Origin: Gemmatimonadales bacterium
GTDB taxonomy: Bacteria > Gemmatimonadota > Gemmatimonadetes > Gemmatimonadales > GWC2-71-9
Assembly: GCA_035519565.1 (NCBI GenBank)
Contig: DATIWD010000026.1
Span: forward strand, 1,074-65,073
Reading direction: 5' to 3'
DNA length: 64,000 nt
Below are positions 37,494 to 46,400 of the stretch, piece by piece. Below the pieces are notes generated by a model. That model searched no databases and was not told where the DNA came from. It saw nothing but the letters and a program-made list of their open reading frames with translations. The position numbers and the translations under genes are program-made. Each line of letters starts with the position of its first letter. Position 1 is the first letter of the stretch.

Positions 37494-38188
37494 GCGAGGA
37501 TTGCCTGCACGACCGCCTCGGTCGCTGCCAAGTCCTCGAACGCCGCGTGAGCGCCGGCGGCGGTCAATTCGACCAGTGCGTAACTCCCGGTGGCGACCGC
37601 GACCGCCCGGGCCCCAACTTCCCGACCACAGGTGACGTCAGCAGGCGTATCGCCGACAATGACGATCTCCTCGCCTCGGGGCTCGCGTCCGAAGAACGGC
37701 CGGGCCCGCCGCGCGGCGATGGCAGGGAGTCGGGGGCGCTCGGCGGCATCGGAGCCGAAGGCGCCAACCGTGAAGCGGGAGGGATCGAGCCCGGCGGCCC
37801 GGAGCTTGAGCGCCGCCCCGGCCGAGAGGTTCCCGGTCAGGAGACCCAGAACCACCCCGGCCTCTGCCTCCAACCGCTCGAGCAAGGGACCGACCCCGGG
37901 CAACACGCGAACCGGCGGGGTCCCCGGTCGGAGCTCCCGTTCCAGGAGTGCGACGTAGCTCTTGCAGAGCACTTCGATACGCTGATCCAGGGCCGGCTCG
38001 GGAACCCCGGCCAGAGTCAGAATCTCGGCCACGATCTGGGGATCGGTCTTTCCGTCGAAGCGGACTCGCCGGAAGACTTCCAGGTCGCCCACCAGGTGGG
38101 CCATCGCCGCCGTCAGCGCGCGTCGTCCGGCGCCCTGGGTCAGTAGCAGGGTTCCGTCGATATCGAAGAGGACCAGTTTGCGTTTCAC
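37490..38188 (-). CDS. HAD-superfamily phosphatase (phosphoglycolate phosphatase-like)
   Basis: Motif I LFDIDGTLL, motif II LLTGN, motif III/IV K...GDTPADV. GTG 38188 preceded by GGAGGCAAA. GTGA overlap with the upstream gene. Confidence 0.8.
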   Translation of the reverse strand: MKRKLVLFDIDGTLLLTQGAGRRALTAAMAHLVGDLEVFRRVRFDGKTDPQIVAEILTLAGVPEPALDQRIEVLCKSYVALLERELRPGTPPVRVLPGVGPLLERLEAEAGVVLGLLTGNLSAGAALKLRAAGLDPSRFTVGAFGSDAAERPRLPAIAARRARPFFGREPRGEEIVIVGDTPADVTCGREVGARAVAVATGSYALVELTAAGAHAAFEDLAATEAVVQAILA

Positions 38189-38973
38189 TTTGCCTCCGGG
38201 ACGCGGCGCACCGCGACCAGCCGTTCGCGCAGATACCCGGCGCGGGTACCGGGTACCCAGGGCTCGACGACGAATCCTCCGCACGACAAGGCGGCATGGA
38301 CCAGGGTATCGCGAGGGCCGGCCAGGGCCACGTGCGAGACCCGTCCGTTCTCATTGAAGAAGAGAAGGTCGCCGGGCCGAAGCTTGGCGGGTTCGACGGC
38401 CACTCCAGCGGATACCTGATCTCCGGTGTCGCGGGGCAGCTCGATGCCGCGAGCGGCGAACACGGTCTGCACCAGCCCCGAACAGTCCGCGCCCCAGGGC
38501 GTGACGCCACCCCAGAGATAGGGCGTTCCCGCAAACATCCGGGTGGCCCACTCAAAGACCGGCTCGGCTCGGGCGGTCGCGCGGGCCTCTGCGACGGGGA
38601 CCACCCGTCCCGCCATCAGTCGGCCGCTCTGGCCGTCGGGCAAGTGGATCGCCTTCCCGCGAAGCTCGACTCGGGCTCGCAGCGGAACCCGCCACACCGT
38701 TTCGCCCAGGATCACCGCCCCATCGCTCCAGCCCTGGGCCCGCCGCTTCCAGCTCTCGGCCTCCTCGCGGGAGACCTCGAGGAGGTAGCCACGATGGACC
38801 CATCCTTCGTATCGGTCGAAGTCGGCGCGAATCCGCCGCCAGTCTCCCTTCGATTCCAGGAGGGAGCCGGTTTCGCCGAGCACGAGTTGGCTGAGCTGTT
38901 CCGCGCGGACCGCCGGAGCCGCCCCCAGAGGAGCCAGGGCGGCACGGACGATCACAGCGTCTGGAATGGGCAT
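38185..38973 (-). CDS. NlpC/P60 (C40) peptidase with N-terminal SH3b-like domains
   Basis: Catalytic Cys block GTPYLWGGVTPWGADCSGLVQ and downstream His (VSHVALA). The N-terminal half is SH3b-like. Confidence 0.8.
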   Translation of the reverse strand: MPIPDAVIVRAALAPLGAAPAVRAEQLSQLVLGETGSLLESKGDWRRIRADFDRYEGWVHRGYLLEVSREEAESWKRRAQGWSDGAVILGETVWRVPLRARVELRGKAIHLPDGQSGRLMAGRVVPVAEARATARAEPVFEWATRMFAGTPYLWGGVTPWGADCSGLVQTVFAARGIELPRDTGDQVSAGVAVEPAKLRPGDLLFFNENGRVSHVALAGPRDTLVHAALSCGGFVVEPWVPGTRAGYLRERLVAVRRVPEAK

Positions 38974-39019
38974 GAAGCTGAAAGGCCGGACTAGGGCAAG
39001 AGCGGTGTGGCGAGAGCGG

Positions 39020-39229
39020 CTAGCTGGAAGCGGGAGACGGCTTGTCCGACTTTCCGGCCGCGGCCGCCTTGGCCTCGCAGGCCTGACAGCGGATCACGCC
39101 TCGGAAGGTGCAGACCAGGCAAATGAAGGTTCCGCAGTCCGCGCAGGGGTAGCCTTCCGACGCCCGCTCCTCGCGCCCGCAGGCGCGGCAGTTCATCGCA
39201 TCGTGTTCCTTGAGTTCCGTCATGGTCAC
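39020..39229 (-). CDS. small cysteine-rich protein with four CxxC pairs (double zinc ribbon)
   Basis: 69 aa. C14/C17, C29/C32, C37/C40, C48/C51. Starts 4 nt after the regulator stop. Ala/Lys/Ser-rich tail. Confidence 0.6.
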   Translation of the reverse strand: MTMTELKEHDAMNCRACGREERASEGYPCADCGTFICLVCTFRGVIRCQACEAKAAAAGKSDKPSPASS

Positions 39230-39233
39230 CGTC

Positions 39234-40574
39234 CTAGAGCGTGATCGCGTACCGCTTGATCTTGTTGATCAGCGTCGCCCGCGATATGCCCAGCTCCTGG
39301 GCGGAACGGGTGCGGTTACCGGCATGGTGCCGCAGGGTCCGTTCAATGTGCTCCCGTTCCAGTTCGTCCATGGTACGCGGGGTGTGGCGACGGTCGCCGA
39401 CCCCGGCCCGGTTCCGGAATTCGCCGGGGAGGTGCTCGACTCCCACCACCGCCTGTCCCCGGGCGAGGATCAAGGCCCGCTCCAGTACGCCTCGCGCCTC
39501 CCTGATGTTGCCGGGCCAGGAATAGCCCAGCAACCGCTCGAGACATTCGGGCGCGAGCGACGCCGGTCCGCCCGGTACTTCCAGCTGCAGCTCGCTCAGG
39601 AGCCGGAGCACCAGCGTCAGACGATCCTCGGCGGTCCGGTCCTTGAGCGAGGAGAGGGAAATCGGCATCACATCGAGGCGATACTGGAGATCTTCCCGCA
39701 ACCGGCCCGCCTCGACCTCGGCGCTCAGGTCGCGACTCGTGGTCGCAATCAACCGCACGTCCACCTTCACGTCCTGGCTGCCTCCCAGCCGTCGGATGGT
39801 TCGGGTCTCCAGCACCCGGAGCACCTTGGGCTGCAGCTCGAGGGGAAGATCCCCGATCTCCTGGAGTACCAGGGTGCCTCCCTCGGCGGCCTCGAACAGT
39901 CCCAGCCGCCGATGAGTGGCGTCGGGATGGGCGCCGCGTTCCTGCCCGAAGAGCGCGGCATCGAGCCCGGCCACCGATTGCCCGGTGCAGCGGATCCGGA
40001 AGAACCCCGCGCGGCTGCGCGGGCTCAGCCGATGGATCTGGGCGGCGACCCAGGCCTTGCCGATGCCCAGCTCGCCCCGGATCAGCACCGTGGTCCGGTC
40101 ACTCTGAGCGAAGAGCGCGATCTGGCGAGCCAGCTCCCGCATGGGACCCGACTGGCCCAGCACATCCAGCCCCCCGCTGGGGAGAACCTCTTTGGCCAGC
40201 CGGCTGGCCAGTCGGCCCAGCTTGACCTTCTCGACGACGCGGGCGGCGGCGCCGAGCAGGAGGGCCGTGTCGGGCGGGCGAGTGAGCACGTGCTCGACGC
40301 CCAGGGCCACGGCCCGTTTGGTCAGGTCGACGTCGGCGCCGGCCTGGAGCGCGATGACCGCCGCGCCCCGCTCATGCAATCCCTGGAAAAGCTCGAGGCC
40401 GGCAGGCGACTCGAGCTCGGCCACCACGACGTCGGGGTGCAGCCGATCGTAGGTGGCCAGGCCTTCTTCGGGGGTGAGCTCGCGCGATACCTCGAACCCC
40501 GCGCCCTCGAACTGCCCTCCGGTGGCGCGGAGTACGCCGGCGTCGCGGTCGATCAGTAGCACCGAATCAGGCAT
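39234..40574 (-). CDS. NtrC-family (receiver-AAA+-Fis HTH) regulator with degenerate receiver and AAA+ motifs
   Basis: Architecture is clear (GELGIGKA, GGTLVLQEIGDLPLELQPKVLRVL, VDVRLIATT, C-terminal SAQELGISRATLINKIKRY). However, the phospho-acceptor reads AELES, GAFTGA reads GAHPDA and Walker B DE reads QE. Confidence 0.8.
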   Translation of the reverse strand: MPDSVLLIDRDAGVLRATGGQFEGAGFEVSRELTPEEGLATYDRLHPDVVVAELESPAGLELFQGLHERGAAVIALQAGADVDLTKRAVALGVEHVLTRPPDTALLLGAAARVVEKVKLGRLASRLAKEVLPSGGLDVLGQSGPMRELARQIALFAQSDRTTVLIRGELGIGKAWVAAQIHRLSPRSRAGFFRIRCTGQSVAGLDAALFGQERGAHPDATHRRLGLFEAAEGGTLVLQEIGDLPLELQPKVLRVLETRTIRRLGGSQDVKVDVRLIATTSRDLSAEVEAGRLREDLQYRLDVMPISLSSLKDRTAEDRLTLVLRLLSELQLEVPGGPASLAPECLERLLGYSWPGNIREARGVLERALILARGQAVVGVEHLPGEFRNRAGVGDRRHTPRTMDELEREHIERTLRHHAGNRTRSAQELGISRATLINKIKRYAITL

Positions 40575-40600
40575 CAGCGAATCTCAGAATGGCGGGAGCC

Positions 40601-42529
40601 TCAGCGCGACAACTCGAACCAGAACCGTGCCCCTCCCTCGGGCCGGTTCTGCGCCCGGATCTCACCTCCATGCGCCCGGATTATACCATGAGAAATGGAG
40701 AGTCCAAGACCGGTCCCCTCGCCCACCCCTTTGGTCGTGAAGAACGGCTCGAACAATCGCGGCATCACTTCGGGCGGAATCCCCGGTCCGGTATCGGTCA
40801 CCTCGCACCCCACGATCTGTGCAGTGGACCAGGTGCGCACCCGACCGACGCGCCGGGGCGCGCCCTGCATCGCGTGGGCGGCGTTGGTCAGCAGGTTCGT
40901 AAGCACCTGCCGCAGCTGCTCCGGATCCGCGCTGATCGGGGGAAGGCCGGCTTCGAGGGCCAGCTCCCACTGCAACTCGGGCTCGACCTGACCCACGGCC
41001 TCGCTCACCAGGACATTGAGGTCGGTCTGGTGCCGCCGCAGGGGGCGTTGACGGGCGAAGGTCAGCAGGTCGCCGACGATCCGCGCGGCACGCACTGCCT
41101 CACGCCGGATCATCTGGGCCACTCGCCCGCCTTCCTCGCCGGTCGCCGGATCGAGGGACATGGCCTGGGCCAGGGCCGCGATTCCCGCCAGAGGATTGTT
41201 GAGCTCATGCGCGGCGCCCGATACCAGCTGCCCCAGCGCCGCCATCCGCTCGGTATGCTCGAGCCGGTCGCGCAGCTCCCGTTCTTCCGTGATGTCCCGG
41301 GCGATGGTCAGCACCGAGCGACCGCCCCGGGCTTCGGCCACCGGCACCGAGATCGCCGCCGCTTCGCGCAGGGCGCCGTCCTCCCGCTGAAAGTGCATGG
41401 TGTATTGGCGCGACTCGCCCTGCAGGCAGGCGTCGAGCTGCGCCCGCACCGGGTCGCGCTCGCGGGCCGACAGGAAGTCTTCGAGCAGGCGGCCCGGGGC
41501 GGGCTGAGTGACGCCGGCCAACCCCATGGCCGCCTGATTCACGGCCTGGAACCGGTGGTCGGCGTCGGTGGTGAAGATGGCCACCGGCGCCGCCGCAAAG
41601 AGCGCGCGGAAGCGGGCCTCGGAGCGTTCCAGTGCTTCCTGGGTCAGCCGCTCGGGGGTCACGTCGTCGATCGCCGCGACCACGCCTCCGTCGGCCCGGG
41701 GTGTCGCGGTGAGCACCAGCACCCGGCCATCCCGGCTCTGGAGCAGGCGACTGACCCGCTCCTTCCCGGACTCGGCCAGCCACAGGGGATCCTGCTCCGG
41801 CGCCGGCCACTCGGCGAAGAGCGCGCGCAGATCGTAGCCGGGGAGCGAGGTCACCGGCACCCCGGCCAGAGCGGCGACGAAGCGATTGGCGCGAATGACC
41901 CGGCCCGAAACCTCGACCAGTGCGAGACCGCTGCCGGTGCCATCGAAGGTGGATTGCCACTCGCGTTTGACCCGGCTCACCATGTCCAGCAGACGGCTCT
42001 TCCCGATCGCGAGGGCGGCCTGATCGGCAAAGGCGGTGGCGAGCCGGCGCTCCTCGGGTCCGTAGGTGCGGGGCCGGTCGTGGCAGAACATCAGGGCCCC
42101 CATCGGCTCACCCCCGAAGATCAGGGGGAGCAACGCCATGGAGACGAACCCCTCGGTGGCGGCCTCCGCGGCCAGGGGGAAATCAGGATCGGCGGGAGCG
42201 TCGAGGATGAACCGGGGGCCGGCCTGAAGGATCTCCCGCACGCTGCCCTCGTCCCCGAGGATGCGTTCGACCGCATCGCTGAAGCGGCTGGAGAGCCCGA
42301 TGGCCACGGCGCCGCGAGCCCCACGGCGCCCCGCCTCGAACAGAAAGACCCCGGCCCGCTCGGCCCGGAAGACCCGGATCCCTTCGGCCCCCACCAGCTC
42401 CATGCTCCGGGTGGCGTCCTCGGCTTCAGTGAGGGCGTGGGCGATCCGGCCAAGGGCTTCGATCTGCTCGAGTCGCCGGGTAAGGAGGTCCTCGAGGGGA
42501 ACCGCAGAGGATTCCGGCGAGCCGCTCAC
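40601..42529 (-). CDS. soluble GAF-PAS-PAS sensor histidine kinase
   Basis: H-box AAHELNNPL, N-box LLTNAAHAM, G-boxes DTGPGIP and GTGLGLS. No TM segment. GTG start in a GTGA overlap with the upstream lipid kinase gene. Confidence 0.85.
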   Translation of the reverse strand: MSGSPESSAVPLEDLLTRRLEQIEALGRIAHALTEAEDATRSMELVGAEGIRVFRAERAGVFLFEAGRRGARGAVAIGLSSRFSDAVERILGDEGSVREILQAGPRFILDAPADPDFPLAAEAATEGFVSMALLPLIFGGEPMGALMFCHDRPRTYGPEERRLATAFADQAALAIGKSRLLDMVSRVKREWQSTFDGTGSGLALVEVSGRVIRANRFVAALAGVPVTSLPGYDLRALFAEWPAPEQDPLWLAESGKERVSRLLQSRDGRVLVLTATPRADGGVVAAIDDVTPERLTQEALERSEARFRALFAAAPVAIFTTDADHRFQAVNQAAMGLAGVTQPAPGRLLEDFLSARERDPVRAQLDACLQGESRQYTMHFQREDGALREAAAISVPVAEARGGRSVLTIARDITEERELRDRLEHTERMAALGQLVSGAAHELNNPLAGIAALAQAMSLDPATGEEGGRVAQMIRREAVRAARIVGDLLTFARQRPLRRHQTDLNVLVSEAVGQVEPELQWELALEAGLPPISADPEQLRQVLTNLLTNAAHAMQGAPRRVGRVRTWSTAQIVGCEVTDTGPGIPPEVMPRLFEPFFTTKGVGEGTGLGLSISHGIIRAHGGEIRAQNRPEGGARFWFELSR

Positions 42530-43428
42530 GCGGTGGGGGCCATCACGGTAATGGCGGCGGGTACCACGTTCACGGTGAAGGGAGTCTGGCCGGCCGGCTC
42601 CCCGTCCATCTGGACCGGCTGCGCCGGATCGCTCTCGACCCGGATCTCCTCGCCCTGGGCGTAGCCCACGTAGCCGGACTCGCCATCGAAATGGTCGCGC
42701 TCACGCAGCAGGTCCCAGACGGCACGGACCCCTTCCAACAGGCTGTCGGCACGGAGCGTCAGCAGGTCCAGACGGCCGTCGCTGGGAGAGATGCTGCTCC
42801 GCAGCTGCACGTACGGCGGGATGACTTCCCGGCAGTTGGCGACCAGGACCATGGCGGCGGTGGTTTCGCGCTCGATTCCGTCCACCGTGATGATCTGGCG
42901 CACGCTCCTGAGCTCAGGCAACAGCCGGAAGGTGGTGGCCACGTACGCCGCCATGCCCCAGCGCCGCTTTTCAAGGCCGGCGGTCTCCGCCATGATCCGG
43001 GCGTCATAACCCGCCCCGCAGGCCACGGCGAAGTAATGGAGGCCATCGGACCGCTCCATCCGTCCCAGATCGATCGGCTGCGCCCGCGCACGGAGCAGCG
43101 CCCTGGCCGCCTGGGCCGGCGAAGCGGGGATGCGGAGGTTGCCGGCCAGGAGGTTTCCCGTCCCGCCCGGGATGATGCCCAGGCTGGTTTCAGTCCCGAC
43201 GAGGGCCGCCGCCGCCTGCATGGTCGTGCCGTCGCCTCCGAAGACGGTCACCACGTCGTAGTCCTCCTCTACCGCCTGTTCGGCAAAGCGGCGCGCGTCC
43301 CCGGTCCCGCCGGTGACATGGGCCTCGACCGACCAGCCGCCCTGCTGGAGGATCTGTGCGACCTCGGCCAGCGTCTGGTGCGCGGTCCGGGCCGCGGCGG
43401 GGTTGGTGATCAGGAGCGCCCGGGTCAT
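42526..43428 (-). CDS. diacylglycerol/lipid kinase family protein (YegS/BmrU-like)
   Basis: ALLITNPAA..., TVFGGDGT and GIIPGGTGN motifs. ATG 43428, one nt after the tamB stop. Confidence 0.8.
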   Translation of the reverse strand: MTRALLITNPAAARTAHQTLAEVAQILQQGGWSVEAHVTGGTGDARRFAEQAVEEDYDVVTVFGGDGTTMQAAAALVGTETSLGIIPGGTGNLLAGNLRIPASPAQAARALLRARAQPIDLGRMERSDGLHYFAVACGAGYDARIMAETAGLEKRRWGMAAYVATTFRLLPELRSVRQIITVDGIERETTAAMVLVANCREVIPPYVQLRSSISPSDGRLDLLTLRADSLLEGVRAVWDLLRERDHFDGESGYVGYAQGEEIRVESDPAQPVQMDGEPAGQTPFTVNVVPAAITVMAPTA

Positions 43429-43429
43429 G

Positions 43430-46400
43430 TCACCACTCGCGCTGCCAGAGCACGTCGAAGCCAACCTGATACCGGTTGACGTTGCTCTGCAGGGCCGGGT
43501 TGATGTCGGTGCAGTAGAGGCTGGGTTCCACGGTGGCCTTGAGGCGGAATTCCTTGCTGATGCGGTATTCGGCGTTGGGGTAGAGCTGAGTACGGTTGGT
43601 ACAGACGTCCGCGTTCACCGCCACGAACACATTGCGGCCGATCTGCCAGCCGGCCGCCACCTGGGCCACTGAAGCCACCCCGGTCTGATTGGTCTGCGAA
43701 GGGGAAAGCTGACCCGGCTTGATCTCGATGTAGTCGATCGGCACGCCCAGATCGGTGGCCAGCGTTCGCTGAATCTCGTTGGAGAGCGCGCTCGACAGAT
43801 AGGAGACTGCGCTGTTCACGGCCGCCAACTGGTTGGCACCCTGGGCGGAATTGCCGCTGGCCAGACCGAACGACGGCTGGCCGAACATAAGGTACGAGAC
43901 CAATTCGGTTTCGGATAGCGGCGGGTGCTGGTCGCTGGTGAGCGTCAGCTTGGGCGCGAGCAGCGTTCCCGACACGGTGGCGATCACCGGGATCTCTTCG
44001 TTGTCGGGCACCGTGCGTACCGTGTAGCGGGCTTCGATGTCGAGATCGGCGTTCAGGTCCGGGGTCCCGAAATAGCGCACGTCGCCCCGCTCCACCGTGA
44101 AGTTCCGAGTGACGAACCCGACCTTGAGCGCGTAGGTGCCCCGGAGCGCGGTCAGCGTACCGTAGATCCGGTAATTCTGGCGCACTTTGTTGACCGTCAG
44201 CGCGCCGTCCAGCTGGATGTTGGCTTCGTTGGACCGAAGCCAGAACGATTCGCCCATGCTCAGGCGCAGGTCCTGGATGATCAGCGCCTCGAGGAACTTG
44301 TTGGGGATACCCACGCCCAGCCGCTGGCGCCTGATCTGGGATTGATCGATCAACTCGGAATCGGGAGTGGTCTCCAGGTCCACGATTCTCTTGGTGATCA
44401 GGTCGGCAAAGTGGAGCGCCCCGCTGTTCGCCGTGAGCTCGCCGGTTACGGTGGCGCCGATGAACGGGCCCCGGAGCGCCACGTCGCCGCTCGCCTCCAG
44501 CGAGAGCAGGTTCCGGATGTCGACCGCATAGAACCGGCTGGCCCGGAATCGAAGATCGAACACCGGGCGGGTCAGCTCCTCCAGGCGGAGCCCCCCCGTC
44601 ACCCGCATCGTCCCCTGCCCACTGTTGAGTTTGAGCGTGTCCAGCTGAATCGAGTCCCCGCTCAGGCGGGCCCGGCCCGAGATGCCGGTGTACCGGGCCC
44701 CCAGAGCCGGAAGGGTCATGGCGGCATCGCTGAGCGAGATATAGCCGGAGAGCCGCGGAGCGTCCCAGGTTCCGCCCAGTTCCATGGCGGCGTTGAGCAC
44801 GCCGCGCACGCCGCGCACCGTCGGGGTGAACGCCTCGATCACGCCGAGGTCGGTACTGTCCGCCGTCCCTCGGATCAGCAAGGGGCCCTGAAGCCGGCGC
44901 TCGGGAACCGACTTGAGCGCCAGATCCACCGGCAGCTGGCCCTGCACCCGCAGCACCGGCTGGCCGGTCCGCCAGACCAGGAGATTGGCCTCCAGCGATC
45001 GGTCGGCGTAGTTGACCACTCCCTGAATGAAGGGCGCGTTGAAGTCCTCGAAGCGTGCGTCGGCCAGCGAGGCGGTTCCCGTGAAGGTCGGCGACTCGAA
45101 GTTTCCCCCGACCGCCAGGTCCATACCCACCCGGCCGTTGACCCCGGTGGTATCCCGTTGGCCGAGCAGATAGAGGTCCTGGAGCGGAAGGCCCAGCACG
45201 TGGATCGCGAAGTCGCCGGCGCGGCCACGGGGTACCGTCCCGCCGACGCCGATCGAGCCCGAGCCGTCATCGGCATCCAGAGTGACCGACTCGATCGAGA
45301 AGGCGGTGTCGGCCAGGAGGGCGCTGGTCGGATGGCTGAGCTGCCAGCGATGGTTAGGCAGGTTGGCGGCGAGACTATCGACGTGGTAGAGCCGAGCGTC
45401 TCCGCGGCGCCACCAGTACCCCCCACCCCGGAGCAGTACCGCTTCTCCCAATCCCAGGCTGGTGTGCCAGTCGAGCGAGTCGGCGTATCCCTCCACCTCG
45501 AAGCCGGCGTTTCGAGCCACCCAGTGCCCCACGCTGACCGAATCGGAGGCGAGACTCGCCGCGAGGCGCGGCCGGCGACCACCGCCCCACTCGAGCTTCC
45601 CGTCCAGCACGGCGGTGCGGGCCTGTTGCCAACTCGCGTCGCGGACCTCGGCCTCCAGGCGGGCATTGAGCGAATCGAGCGAGCCACCCAGTCGGAGCGC
45701 GGCGTCGCCACGGCCGCTCAGGCGCCGCGACCCCGCGCTGGTGTCCCGCGGCAGACCGCTCATCACCAGGGCGAGGGAGTCCAGCACGCCGAGGCTGTCC
45801 AATCGGGCGTTGAACTGCATGACCCCGTCGTGCCCTGAAGTCCAGCCGAGGGTCCCCGATCCTCCGAGCCCGCCGGCCAGCCAGCTCATCCCGAGGGTGT
45901 CGAGCTGAATCAGGCTGTCCGCCACCGAGACGATGGTCCACGCGGTGTCGAAGACGAACTCGCGCATCGAGCCCGGGCCCAGCTCGACGGCCAGACGCCC
46001 CTTGGGCGCGACCAGCGTGTCGATCACTCCGGTCGCGCGCAGGGATCCCTGGAGCCGAGTGTGGGGCCCATCGCCGCGCAGCGTCCCGAGATCGAGGTCC
46101 CGAAACTCGATCGCCATGTCATCGGCGCCCCAGCGGGGAGGCAGCACGGTGCCTCGGCCCCTGGCGTGGAATGTGCCCAGCTCGCCGTGAAGGTTGGCGT
46201 CGATCGCCAGCCGGTCGAGGAATCCGGAGGTGTGAACCCGGCCCGAGAGCCGACCCTGGCTCTTGAGTGAGGGAAAGGCCCTCCGGATTCCCTCGAAGTC
46301 GAGGGGATCGAACGTGAGGTCGGAGGCGAGCCCGAGGGTGTTGCCCCGGCTGTCGAAGGTCACCGACCCGCTCGCCACGCTGACCGGGCGATCGCCGTCC

